A stretch of 64,000 bases of DNA from Bacteroidetes bacterium HGW-Bacteroidetes-6 (lineage in GTDB: Bacteria; Bacteroidota; Bacteroidia; Bacteroidales; DTU049): contig PHDB01000022.1 of assembly GCA_002842495.1 (NCBI GenBank), positions 6,010 to 70,009 of the forward strand, given 5' to 3'. Below are positions 27,701 to 35,522 of this stretch, piece by piece. Within the stretch, counting starts at the first letter, position 1. Each line of letters opens with the position of its first letter. Below the pieces are notes generated by a model, which was not told where the DNA came from, did no database searches, and saw nothing but the letters and a program-made list of their open reading frames with translations. The position numbers were made by a program, and so were the translations under genes.

Positions 27701-29645
27701 ATCCAAAATAGTCGGTTGAAGCAATATCCGATGCGGTCAGAATTATTTCTTCGGACCATGTTCCGGCATTGTTGTGAAAGATATAAGCCGACCCCGAGCT
27801 GGTTCCAACATCGCTATCGCCATAAGCACCTATTAGAATATCATCGCCCGAAATAGCAACAGAAGCTCCAAAGTAATCGTTGCCTGTTAAATCGGAAGCA
27901 ATCAATTTGGAGTCGAATTGCCAGGTCCCACTGTTGTTGTAATAAACATATGCAGAACCATTCGTGAAAGCATTTATTTTATCTCCTTTTGCTCCAATAA
28001 CAATATAGTTTCCTGAAATAGCTACTGAATAACCAAAGAAATCGCCGGCAGTTCCATCAGTAGGAACAAGCTTTGCGTATTGAGCCCAAACGCCTGCAGT
28101 TTTCTTAAAAATATAAACAGAGCCCGAGTTTACACCCATCGGGTCGTCGTTGGGTGAACCAACAACCGCATAATCGGCATCAATAGCAACCGATTGACCA
28201 AAATTATCGTCGGTTGCAGCATCCGAAGCATAGAAACGGCTTTTCCATTCCCACGCTGTTCCATTATCGGAATAAAACCACACCGAGCCGCAATTGGCTG
28301 CTGCGCCATCGTCGGCATATGCCCCTACAATGACATCAGTACCAGATATTGCAACCGAATTGCCAAAATTATCGTTTGCAGCACCAGGGCTTGGCAAAAC
28401 GCGGCTATTCTCGCCCCAATTATCAACTCCACCTTCGTTTTGCGAGTAGAATCCAGCAGAACCTGCGCTTGCACCATATTGAGAATCGCCATAAGCTCCG
28501 CAAATAACTTTATCGGATGAAATGCCTACGGAAAACCCAAAATAGAAATTATTTCCCCCAACCGCTGGCGTAATTTTTTTCTGCTCCAGCCACGAAGAGC
28601 CATTATTATAAAAAACATACGACGAGCCGCAACGCACACCTCCATCGCTTTCGTAGTAAGCCCCAACAACAGCATAGTTGGCATCGATTGAAACGCCAAT
28701 TCCGAAGTAGTCAGCTACTTCGCCATCCGAAGCAAGCAATTTGGCATCCTGTTGCCAGGTTCCTGCATTGTTTTTGAAAATATAAGCGGCTCCATCGTTG
28801 GCAACCACATTGTCTTTTTCGTTGGCCCCAACAATGGCAAAACCATTGGTCATTGCAACACTTTTTCCAAAATAGTCGTAGGCTGTTGCATCCAAAGCAT
28901 TGAGTTTAGCTGTCTGTGTCCAAGTTCCGGCAATGTTTTCGTAAATATATGCCGATCCCGAAGAAGCTCCCATGTCGCTTTCGTTCCAAGCTCCCGAAAT
29001 AATAAAATTCCCAGAAATATCAACCGATGTTCCGAAATAATCGCTTGCTGCGCCATCCGAGGCAGTAAGGATAGCTTGCTGAGTCCAGGTCCCCAAAATA
29101 TTCTGAAAAACGAATACCGACCCCGAGTTTGCTCCAACATTATCGTCGTTGCTGGCTCCAACAGCTATATATTCGCCTGAAATAGAAGCGGATACGCCAA
29201 AATTATCGGTTGCCTGACCGTTAGACGCATTAAGTTTAGCTACTTGTAACCAAATATCACCATAACGCTGAAACACATAGGCTGAACCTGAATTGTTGCC
29301 CAAATCGTCGTCCTGATTAGCTCCAACAACAACATATTCGCCCGAAATTGAAACAGATGTGCCAAAATTATCATCGGCCGAAGCATCCGAAGCTACCAGT
29401 TTCCCGGCCGTATTCCATTGGCCGTTCTCGAAGAAATAGATATATGCTGCTCCTGCGTTCGAGCCAGCCATATCGTCGAATTTCGAACCTACAATAGCCC
29501 AATTTCCATCAATGGAAACCGAAGCTCCAAAGTTATCGCCATCCGAATTGCCTACTGGCAGTAATTGTTGAATTTCCCCCGTGGGTTGTGCTGCCGCAGT
29601 TAATGAGCAGACTGCAAACACCAAAATTAAATAAATCGTTCTCAT
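24723..29645 (-). CDS. T9SS-secreted adhesin-like protein: 14 FG-GAP repeats, Ig domain, 8 HYR-like repeats, type A CTD
   Basis: Signal peptide from ATG 29645; repeated D.FG.SV.ISG...VGA; repeated P.I...H.Q..C...PDY...ATDNCD; C-terminal WPNPT...GVYFIQL...KVIKE. Confidence 0.88.
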   Translation of the reverse strand: MRTIYLILVFAVCSLTAAAQPTGEIQQLLPVGNSDGDNFGASVSIDGNWAIVGSKFDDMAGSNAGAAYIYFFENGQWNTAGKLVASDASADDNFGTSVSISGEYVVVGANQDDDLGNNSGSAYVFQRYGDIWLQVAKLNASNGQATDNFGVSASISGEYIAVGASNDDNVGANSGSVFVFQNILGTWTQQAILTASDGAASDYFGTSVDISGNFIISGAWNESDMGASSGSAYIYENIAGTWTQTAKLNALDATAYDYFGKSVAMTNGFAIVGANEKDNVVANDGAAYIFKNNAGTWQQDAKLLASDGEVADYFGIGVSIDANYAVVGAYYESDGGVRCGSSYVFYNNGSSWLEQKKITPAVGGNNFYFGFSVGISSDKVICGAYGDSQYGASAGSAGFYSQNEGGVDNWGENSRVLPSPGAANDNFGNSVAISGTDVIVGAYADDGAAANCGSVWFYSDNGTAWEWKSRFYASDAATDDNFGQSVAIDADYAVVGSPNDDPMGVNSGSVYIFKKTAGVWAQYAKLVPTDGTAGDFFGYSVAISGNYIVIGAKGDKINAFTNGSAYVYYNNSGTWQFDSKLIASDLTGNDYFGASVAISGDDILIGAYGDSDVGTSSGSAYIFHNNAGTWSEEIILTASDIASTDYFGYSVSISGSYAAIGAYGNDDNGSSSGSAYIFYDNGSSWSQTTKLLAGDAAASDYFGYSVSISGNFVLVGSHLNDNTVSNGGAAYLFENNAGTWSQKTKFFSSLSLSGAFFGKSVALNGNTAAIGAEGYSANGSSSGAAYVFGQILPSVSTQPIDVLNACLIGSTQFSVSGMGVSSYQWQKSSNGGTLWSNLTEVAPFSGTQTAVLSISNATGLNNNLFRCVVSNMMGNDTSNAAEIQIETENPVITSTHSNQVINAGAACSASLPDYTGTVTATDNCDISLTISQSPLAGTSVSGTTNTVVLAATDDAGNFSQVSFNVAVVDNSNPVISSVHSNQIVSGNASCQATLADYTSSVEATDNCDATLSIVQSPVVGTTVSGAINTVTLSVSDDDGNMAQVSFNVEVADLTAPSITSTHPDATINANASCSALLPDYTSSVVATDYCDASVSISQLPVSGTSVSGSTNTVTLRATDDAGNYSEVSFNVEVADNSNPTITSSHPDQIISAGSLCNATLPDYTASVVVSDNCDASLAVTQNPVAGTIVSGATNTVTLRATDDAGNYSEVSFNIEVEDVSNPVITSTHPNQTVNADMNCFAIVPDYTGTIVATDNCDANLTFTQTPLAGATISSHTNTIHLRATDDAGNYSEVTFLLTIVDNTNPVITSVHNDVNLISTSNCEAVLPDYTSTVVATDNCDPFLAVSQSPLAGTTISGSSNTVTLTVTDDGGNSSQVSFNALITDNDNPVIISSHPDQFVDANFLCEASLPDYTTLVVVTDNCDASPSIVQSPIPGTSVSGSTNNITITVTDDAGNYSETNFNVSVVDVSDPELVCIGNQQIDIPQGQTSYTVVGTEFDPSSATDNCNLQSVINDFNSTSSLAGVSLPLGTTTIVWTATDADGNFSECSFDVDVQQTVGLETDLAEKIVLWPNPTTGPVFFVSSGYIIGKLIVTDVTGRIVMQYEGIFQHQLLDLTSQTTGVYFIQLQTDGATHMFKVIKE

Positions 29646-29813
29646 TGCTGGTTTTTTGCTGCAATTTCGAGTAATAATGCAGCCGTTAATACACCAAATT
29701 GGTGAACCAAACAATTTTATGGGTAAGGCTATGCGAAGAGGTGGTGGAAATTATGACAGAATTGTCCTTTATATTTCGCACCAATGCAAAAAAATGCTTT
29801 GAAAGATTCGGTT

Positions 29814-30659
29814 TCACTCAAACCGCTTCAAATTTGCTTTCACAAAACCCCATTCTGGTGTTTGAATGTCATTGTCGCAATTCAAACTGTACCAGGGACT
29901 TAAATCGCTATTGTTGGGATTGATGAGTATTTGAATTTCCTGCGCAGGCATGTAACTTTGAGCAAGCATAAATACTTTTTCGCCGCTTGTTTCATCCACA
30001 GCCATATCAACAACTATTACGGCATGCCCGGGAGAACCGCCACGAATAAGCACATCTCCAATTTGCATGCTTTCCCAATCGGTTTTCACCAACCCTTTTT
30101 CGAGCGATAAGGTTCCGGCGTACATAAAAACGGTTTCGAGATAATTCCACAAATCGTCATGGGTATTCGATGCAGCTGTTTTGGAAACCCAACTGCAATT
30201 GTTGCCGTTTACGGCTACTCGTTTGCCGCTCATCCATTTCGAATAATCGGCTCTGAAACCACTCGTGAAGTTGAAATGTATTTCAGAATAAAGCTTACTT
30301 TCCCATAAATATTCTGCTCTTAGCCTGATAATAGCATCGGCGCACTGATGCAGGTTTTTTGTCCCGATAGGCAAATCGACCACAGCGCAATAAACACCCG
30401 ATGCTGGCTTTTCGCGACCATCGAACAACAAAGCATTGGTACCGTCGGGTTTAAGAGGGAGCTTTCGGAGCCAGGCGTCAAACGATTCCGATTCGGTGTC
30501 AATACGTTTATAGCCATCGGGAGGCAGAAACCGCTCCTCGATTGTTGCGCCCTGCTTGTTGATTGTATTGGAATTTACTTGATTGTTCGATTTGCTTTGC
30601 CCGCACGAGCTACATAAAAATGCAAAAAGCAGAATCGAAATTCCAGAAAATCTCACCAT
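29814..30659 (-). CDS. DUF4846-family lipoprotein
   Basis: Lipobox CSSC; QCADAIIRLRAEYL, GGSPGHAVIVVD, LAQSYMPAQ motifs. Confidence 0.75.
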   Translation of the reverse strand: MVRFSGISILLFAFLCSSCGQSKSNNQVNSNTINKQGATIEERFLPPDGYKRIDTESESFDAWLRKLPLKPDGTNALLFDGREKPASGVYCAVVDLPIGTKNLHQCADAIIRLRAEYLWESKLYSEIHFNFTSGFRADYSKWMSGKRVAVNGNNCSWVSKTAASNTHDDLWNYLETVFMYAGTLSLEKGLVKTDWESMQIGDVLIRGGSPGHAVIVVDMAVDETSGEKVFMLAQSYMPAQEIQILINPNNSDLSPWYSLNCDNDIQTPEWGFVKANLKRFE

Positions 30660-30662
30660 AAT

Positions 30663-31760
30663 CTATTTGTTTTCGCCGGGATAAAGCATGTGGTATGTAC
30701 ACACCAGTGGTCCGTCAAGACCTGGTTCATGTAAATGCATACCGTCGCCTCGACACCATTTCCAGAGGTCGCATTTGGCACAAACACCTTTTTTCATTGG
30801 CTTCCGGTCACGATACTCTTTGTATTTATTGTCCCAAACATCGAGAAAATTGTCTTTGTAAATATTTCCCTGAACATAACCACGGTTAATGTTGGGGCAG
30901 GCGCCAATGTCGCCATTGGCAAGAATTGAGCTTACGTGGATTCCGGCACGGCAGAAAAATACGCCATCGCGCACCAGACCTTCGTAATCGCCCAAAAAAC
31001 CATCGCAACCCGACGAAATACGAATCTGACCTTCGGCACGCGTTTTCAAAATATAATCGAATACCGAGCGAAAAGTGGCATCGTCGAGCATCAAATCGGG
31101 ATTGGTTGCAGCACGACCAATGGGATCGATGGTAAAAATTCGCCAACGTTTTACGCCCATGCCAAGCAAAAGTCTTTTCACCTCGTCGAGCTCACCAATG
31201 TTGCGATTGTTGACACAGGTAACCACATCGTAAACCATATCGGGTTCGTCGGCCAAAAGCTTTATTGCCGCAACTGCACGTTCGAACGAACCTTCACGTC
31301 CACGAAGCCAGTCGTGGTTGGCTTTCATCCCATCGAGACTGATTGTTGCTGAACGAAGTCCTGCATTGCGAAGCGAACGAAAACGTTCTGGTGTCATTGC
31401 ATAACCATTGCTTACCATTCCCCAGGGGAAACCCATGTTTTTGAGTTGATGGCCAACTTCTTCCAAATCTTTACGCACCAGCGGCTCACCACCCGAAACA
31501 ACAATCATCACCTTTCCCGGATTGTAGCGGGTTGCAACCTGTTTGCAGACACTCAGAAAATCGTCGGCAGGCATATCGGGAGCATTTTCAACAATTTTGC
31601 AATCACTACCACAATGCAAACACGCGATGTTGCAGCGCGAAGTGCATTCCCAGAAAAAATAATTCAGTTCGTGGAGTTTGGCCTGAACACGTACGTAGCG
31701 TGAGTGAATATTGAAAACCATTCGCTTTTTAAAACGAAAACGACGTCGCAGATTACTCAT
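30663..31760 (-). CDS. Radical SAM/SPASM peptide/protein maturase (rSAM/lipoprotein-system type)
   Basis: CNIACLHC, SGGEPL, SLDG..HD..RG; SPASM CRAG...GDIGACP and CAKC...WCRG. Confidence 0.9.
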   Translation of the reverse strand: MSNLRRRFRFKKRMVFNIHSRYVRVQAKLHELNYFFWECTSRCNIACLHCGSDCKIVENAPDMPADDFLSVCKQVATRYNPGKVMIVVSGGEPLVRKDLEEVGHQLKNMGFPWGMVSNGYAMTPERFRSLRNAGLRSATISLDGMKANHDWLRGREGSFERAVAAIKLLADEPDMVYDVVTCVNNRNIGELDEVKRLLLGMGVKRWRIFTIDPIGRAATNPDLMLDDATFRSVFDYILKTRAEGQIRISSGCDGFLGDYEGLVRDGVFFCRAGIHVSSILANGDIGACPNINRGYVQGNIYKDNFLDVWDNKYKEYRDRKPMKKGVCAKCDLWKWCRGDGMHLHEPGLDGPLVCTYHMLYPGENK

Positions 31761-31762
31761 AA

Positions 31763-32122
31763 TCAATTGTTTTCAGGATTTTGCACTCCATATTTTGTAG
31801 TATAATAATCAGGATCGTAGTTTGGAATGACCCCATAATCGGTAGCTGGAAGAGTGTTTGGATTGTAAACCGGCTTGAGAACTGGGCTGGTAACATGAGT
31901 TGTTGTACTTTGAGTTGAAGAAACTGGAGTTTCAACTTTCTCTTGAATTTTCACAAGACCCGACAGTTCTTTGGTATTGATTTTTTCTCCTGATTCGCTA
32001 TTCGAAACCGTTTTGCTGCACGACACCATCGAAATGCTACCGGCACTTAAAGCCGAAAGCAAGAATCGGAAAAGCCATGCTTTCCACCGGTCGATTTGCT
32101 GATTCAGGGGAGGATAACGCAT
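31763..32122 (-). CDS. rSAM-associated lipoprotein precursor 5 (2 YG cores)
   Basis: Lipobox-like SMVSC; TDYGV, TKYGV. Confidence 0.75.
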   Translation of the reverse strand: MRYPPLNQQIDRWKAWLFRFLLSALSAGSISMVSCSKTVSNSESGEKINTKELSGLVKIQEKVETPVSSTQSTTTHVTSPVLKPVYNPNTLPATDYGVIPNYDPDYYTTKYGVQNPENN

Positions 32123-32124
32123 GA

Positions 32125-32520
32125 CTAGCCATCGATAAAATCAACAGGAACTCCATATCGAGTCACAGGAACATCGTGTTCGTATGGCGGACCATACTTG
32201 GTTGGCGTTATGTTGTTATCAATCGGTACGCCATACTTGGTAACAGTAGTATGTTTTTGAACATTCATGATACTATCTTCGCGCACTTTTGCCAGCGAAT
32301 CGGCTTTAACTTTTGCAATACTGTCGTTGCGCACATTTTCAATCGAGTCGAGGCGTGCTTTTTCGTTCACCTGATTGATTGAATCTTGATTGACTTTTTG
32401 CTCTGTTTTATTACCACCCGAACATGCAGACAGAATACTTGCGATACCAATCGTTGCAAGAATATTGCGCAACAACCGTGCGTGCAGCGTCAAAAAGCGA
32501 TAGCGGATTTTATGGCTCAT
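32125..32520 (-). CDS. rSAM-associated lipoprotein precursor 4 (3 YG cores)
   Basis: Lipobox LSAC; TKYGV, TKYGP, TRYGV. Confidence 0.8.
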   Translation of the reverse strand: MSHKIRYRFLTLHARLLRNILATIGIASILSACSGGNKTEQKVNQDSINQVNEKARLDSIENVRNDSIAKVKADSLAKVREDSIMNVQKHTTVTKYGVPIDNNITPTKYGPPYEHDVPVTRYGVPVDFIDG

Positions 32521-32549
32521 GTCAAATTTATTTATTGTTTATTGAGAAC

Positions 32550-32557
32550 CAAAGGTA
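32550..32557 (-). promoter_or_regulatory. Internal -7 promoter element (TACCTTTG)
   Basis: Exact TAnnTTTG 29 nt upstream of ATG 32520. Confidence 0.5.
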
Positions 32558-32572
32558 GATTATTTTCTGCAA

Positions 32573-32884
32573 TTATTCCACACGAATTACACCATACATC
32601 AATTGTTCGTGAATAGTGTCGTATTCCGGATTGGGTCGTGGAACACCATATTCGCAAATAGTACCGGGATCAAAATAAGCGGGTTTAGAAGTATCGATTG
32701 GCAAGATAACAGTTGAGTCCGATGGATCGGGAATCACCGATGTGGAATCGGAAGGCTTTACATGAGTCTGATGCTTTGGAAATAAACAACCAGTTGCCAA
32801 AATAGGCAAGCTTAAAACAATGAGACAGTTGCGCAGCAATTTTGAGTAGAAACGCAGAAACTGGCTATTTGTTTTTTTTCTCAT
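32573..32884 (-). CDS. rSAM-associated lipoprotein precursor 3 (2 YG cores)
   Basis: Lipobox LATGC; CEYGV, LMYGV. Confidence 0.78.
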   Translation of the reverse strand: MRKKTNSQFLRFYSKLLRNCLIVLSLPILATGCLFPKHQTHVKPSDSTSVIPDPSDSTVILPIDTSKPAYFDPGTICEYGVPRPNPEYDTIHEQLMYGVIRVE

Positions 32885-32898
32885 CTTAATTGATTTAA

Positions 32899-33234
32899 TT
32901 ACTCGTATTCAGGTGCTTCGAATCTCATCTCCGGCACTTCTATCTGAATTGGAGTAGCAACTACGCCATAGCACGGCGTTACTTGAATGGGAGTTTCGTA
33001 AACCGGAACAATAGTGTCAACTTTAATTGCCGAAGTGGTATCGACCTGAATAATTTTAATTGTATCGTTGCTAACAATGGTCTGAGAGTCGGGTTCGGCC
33101 ATACAGGTGTTATTGGCAGGCTGATTCGAAACCTGGCAAGCCGATGCAATTACAGGCAAACTGAGCAAAACAATAAAACGTTGCAATAATGCAGCATACA
33201 TTTTTCGCACAGTGTTTTGTTTTCCTGTCAACAT
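32899..33234 (-). CDS. rSAM-associated lipoprotein precursor 2 (1 YG core)
   Basis: ATG 33234 lies 1 nt after the upstream stop; lipobox ASAC; PCYGV. Confidence 0.72.
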   Translation of the reverse strand: MLTGKQNTVRKMYAALLQRFIVLLSLPVIASACQVSNQPANNTCMAEPDSQTIVSNDTIKIIQVDTTSAIKVDTIVPVYETPIQVTPCYGVVATPIQIEVPEMRFEAPEYE

Positions 33235-33235
33235 C

Positions 33236-33646
33236 TTAAAAGTTTTGCGGAACACCATATTTGGTAAGAGTTGGGGTTTCTTCCACGGGAATATCAATAT
33301 CGTCATAAACAGGAACTACACCATATTCGCAAATTGGACCCGGATCGTTGTAAATTACAGGCGGCACATAAACAGGAATTGAGGTTTGTACTTTTGCCAA
33401 ACTATCTTCTTTTGCTTTTAACGCAATGGAATCGGCTTTTGCTTTAGCAATACTATCGGTTTTTGCAATTGAATCAAGCCGATGTGCTTCGTTCACTTTT
33501 TTTAGCGAGTCGTCGGTATTGCTTTGTTTTTGAGTATTTCCGGAGCCACACGAAGCTAAAATAGCCGAAAAGCTAATCATTGCGAGCATGTTGCGAAGAA
33601 TTCTGGCTCTGAGTCTGTAGATACGGCGCATCAGTCGGAAATCCAT
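33236..33646 (-). CDS. rSAM-associated lipoprotein precursor 1 (2 YG cores)
   Basis: Lipobox LASC; CEYGV, TKYGV. Confidence 0.8.
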   Translation of the reverse strand: MDFRLMRRIYRLRARILRNMLAMISFSAILASCGSGNTQKQSNTDDSLKKVNEAHRLDSIAKTDSIAKAKADSIALKAKEDSLAKVQTSIPVYVPPVIYNDPGPICEYGVVPVYDDIDIPVEETPTLTKYGVPQNF

Positions 33647-33768
33647 AATAATGATTTTTTTTAATTATGCAAGATAAGATGAAAAATGGAGAATAGTTCA
33701 CAAAAAATCTCGATTTCTTTTCTGACATCATGAACTACTTCGCCAAGAAGCTTGTCCAAATACAGACA

Positions 33769-33838
33769 GTCACTATGAACTCGATTCAACATCTCAGAAA
33801 AAGCAATATAATTAGATTCTGACCTACGTCAGAATGAC
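33769..33838. repeat. Degenerate REP-like palindromic element
   Basis: GTCA...GAAC at the 5' end; perfect hairpin ATTCTGAC-CTAC-GTCAGAAT (33816-35) ending in TGAC. Confidence 0.4.
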
Positions 33839-33844
33839 TTTTTA

Positions 33845-34354
33845 TTAAAGCAAAGATTGCTTCCTTATCGCATACACCACTTCGTCAAGCAATTCGTTAT
33901 TTTTAACAAGTGTTTTTTCGAATCGGGCTTCGACTGCAAAACCTGCTTTTTCGAGCACCCGATGCGAAGCTATATTACGCCCAAAGCAGCCAGCAAAAAT
34001 ACGATTTACACCAAACGTATCGAAACCATATTGCACCATTTGCTTCACAGCTTCGGTCATGATGCCTTTCCCCCAGTAAGGTTCGGCAAGCCAGTAGCCA
34101 ATTTCGGCATTGTTGCGTCGTACATCGAAATTGGGGAACACGCCAATGGAACCCACCGCTTCACCATCCACGTCGATGGCAAAAACCTGCAACGGATTGA
34201 ATTTGTTCATTTTGCGAACAAAATCTTTTGCGGCTTCGCGGGTGTAGGGATGCGGAAACATATCGGTCAGATTCATTGCCACAAGCGGATTGTTGGCATA
34301 TCTCACCAGGCTTTTAATATCACTGCGCTTCCAGGGGCGAAGGGTAAAGTTCAT
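33845..34354 (-). CDS. RimJ/RimL-type GNAT N-acetyltransferase
   Basis: EIGYWL.EPYWGKGIMTEA, NIASHRVLEKAGF; TACTTTTG box at 34376-83. Confidence 0.88.
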   Translation of the reverse strand: MNFTLRPWKRSDIKSLVRYANNPLVAMNLTDMFPHPYTREAAKDFVRKMNKFNPLQVFAIDVDGEAVGSIGVFPNFDVRRNNAEIGYWLAEPYWGKGIMTEAVKQMVQYGFDTFGVNRIFAGCFGRNIASHRVLEKAGFAVEARFEKTLVKNNELLDEVVYAIRKQSLL

Positions 34355-34859
34355 GTGCAATTAATTTTCGCAAGGCAAAAGTAAAAATATTACAGATACT
34401 CCGAAGTTTTTAGGACAAACGCATCAAAGTCGGATCAAAACAAATTTTGTGAACGAATCAATCACACATACCGGAATGTGTATGAATCTCTTTGAAAACA
34501 CACATCTGACCAGAGAAAACATGATACATTTTTAACTACTGTAACTACCTGAATCTGCATTTTATTTTTGCAGACACAACGTACTCCAAAAACCAGACTA
34601 TTCAAAAAACAGAGTTTTTGGGGAGAAAATTGATTATTTTTGTCATCCTGATCAGGTATGAATAAGGATTGAAAATGCACAAAGAAAATTCAAACGTGCA
34701 ATAAAAACGGACATACCCATGGGGGTTCAATATATTTACGGGATTTTTCTCCCGCAGACAAAGTTTTCACATGTCATGAAACACAACTCTGTAATCAGCA
34801 ATATTTTACACCTAACAGTTATTGTAACTTGAATTCAGTTTTAACTAAACTTAATTTGT

Positions 34860-35399
34860 ATGAAAACCAAAAAATTGAATCATTTGCCAATAATACTCGT
34901 TATTATAGCGGGATTTTACTCTTGCCGCACAATACCGAAAGATGTAGTGGCTGTTAAACCTTTTTATAAAGAAAGATATCTCGGTAAATGGTATGAGATT
35001 GCCAGAATAGATTTTAAATATGAAAAGGATTTGGATAACACCACTGCTGAATATTCCTTAAACAGTAACGGAATCATTAAAGTTGACAATCAGGGATATA
35101 ACACTAAAAAAGGACAATGGGAACAAGCAACTGGCAAAGCAAAGTTTGTTGGAGATGAAAACATAGCCATGCTTAAAGTCTCATTCTTTGGTCCATTTTA
35201 TTCGGGATATAATGTAATCGCAATTGATGATAACTACAAGTATGCTCTGGTTACTGGAGCGAGTCTAAATTATCTATGGATTCTATCACGCGAAACAAAT
35301 ATTCCTGATAGTATAAAAAATAAATATTTAAAGATTGCAGAAGGATTCGGTTATAATACCAACAACCTCTTATGGGTTAAACATGACAAACAGAAATAA
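34860..35399 (+). CDS. blc: Bacterial lipocalin lipoprotein
   Basis: Lipobox-like FYSC; YLGKWYEIAR, LKVSFFGPFY, YLWILSR. Confidence 0.9.
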   Translation: MKTKKLNHLPIILVIIAGFYSCRTIPKDVVAVKPFYKERYLGKWYEIARIDFKYEKDLDNTTAEYSLNSNGIIKVDNQGYNTKKGQWEQATGKAKFVGDENIAMLKVSFFGPFYSGYNVIAIDDNYKYALVTGASLNYLWILSRETNIPDSIKNKYLKIAEGFGYNTNNLLWVKHDKQK

Positions 35400-35522
35400 G
35401 GGCAGGCATAAGTAATTCAGAGGCTTTCGAAGCACAAAGGTATTGCCCTGAATATTGCCACTGCTCATGCAAAAAACACATAGTAGCTACCAAGACCATC
35501 CTGCGACAATAACAACAGAACA

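Noticed and set aside
33845-34354. GNAT acetyltransferase as a tailoring enzyme of the rSAM/lipoprotein locus
   Set aside because: Generic RimJ/L type, separated from the precursors by about 200 bp containing a hairpin; no positive evidence of linkage, though not excluded
34400-34850. Long intergenic region as ncRNA or riboswitch
   Set aside because: No recognisable conserved motif or convincing structure; consistent with divergent promoters
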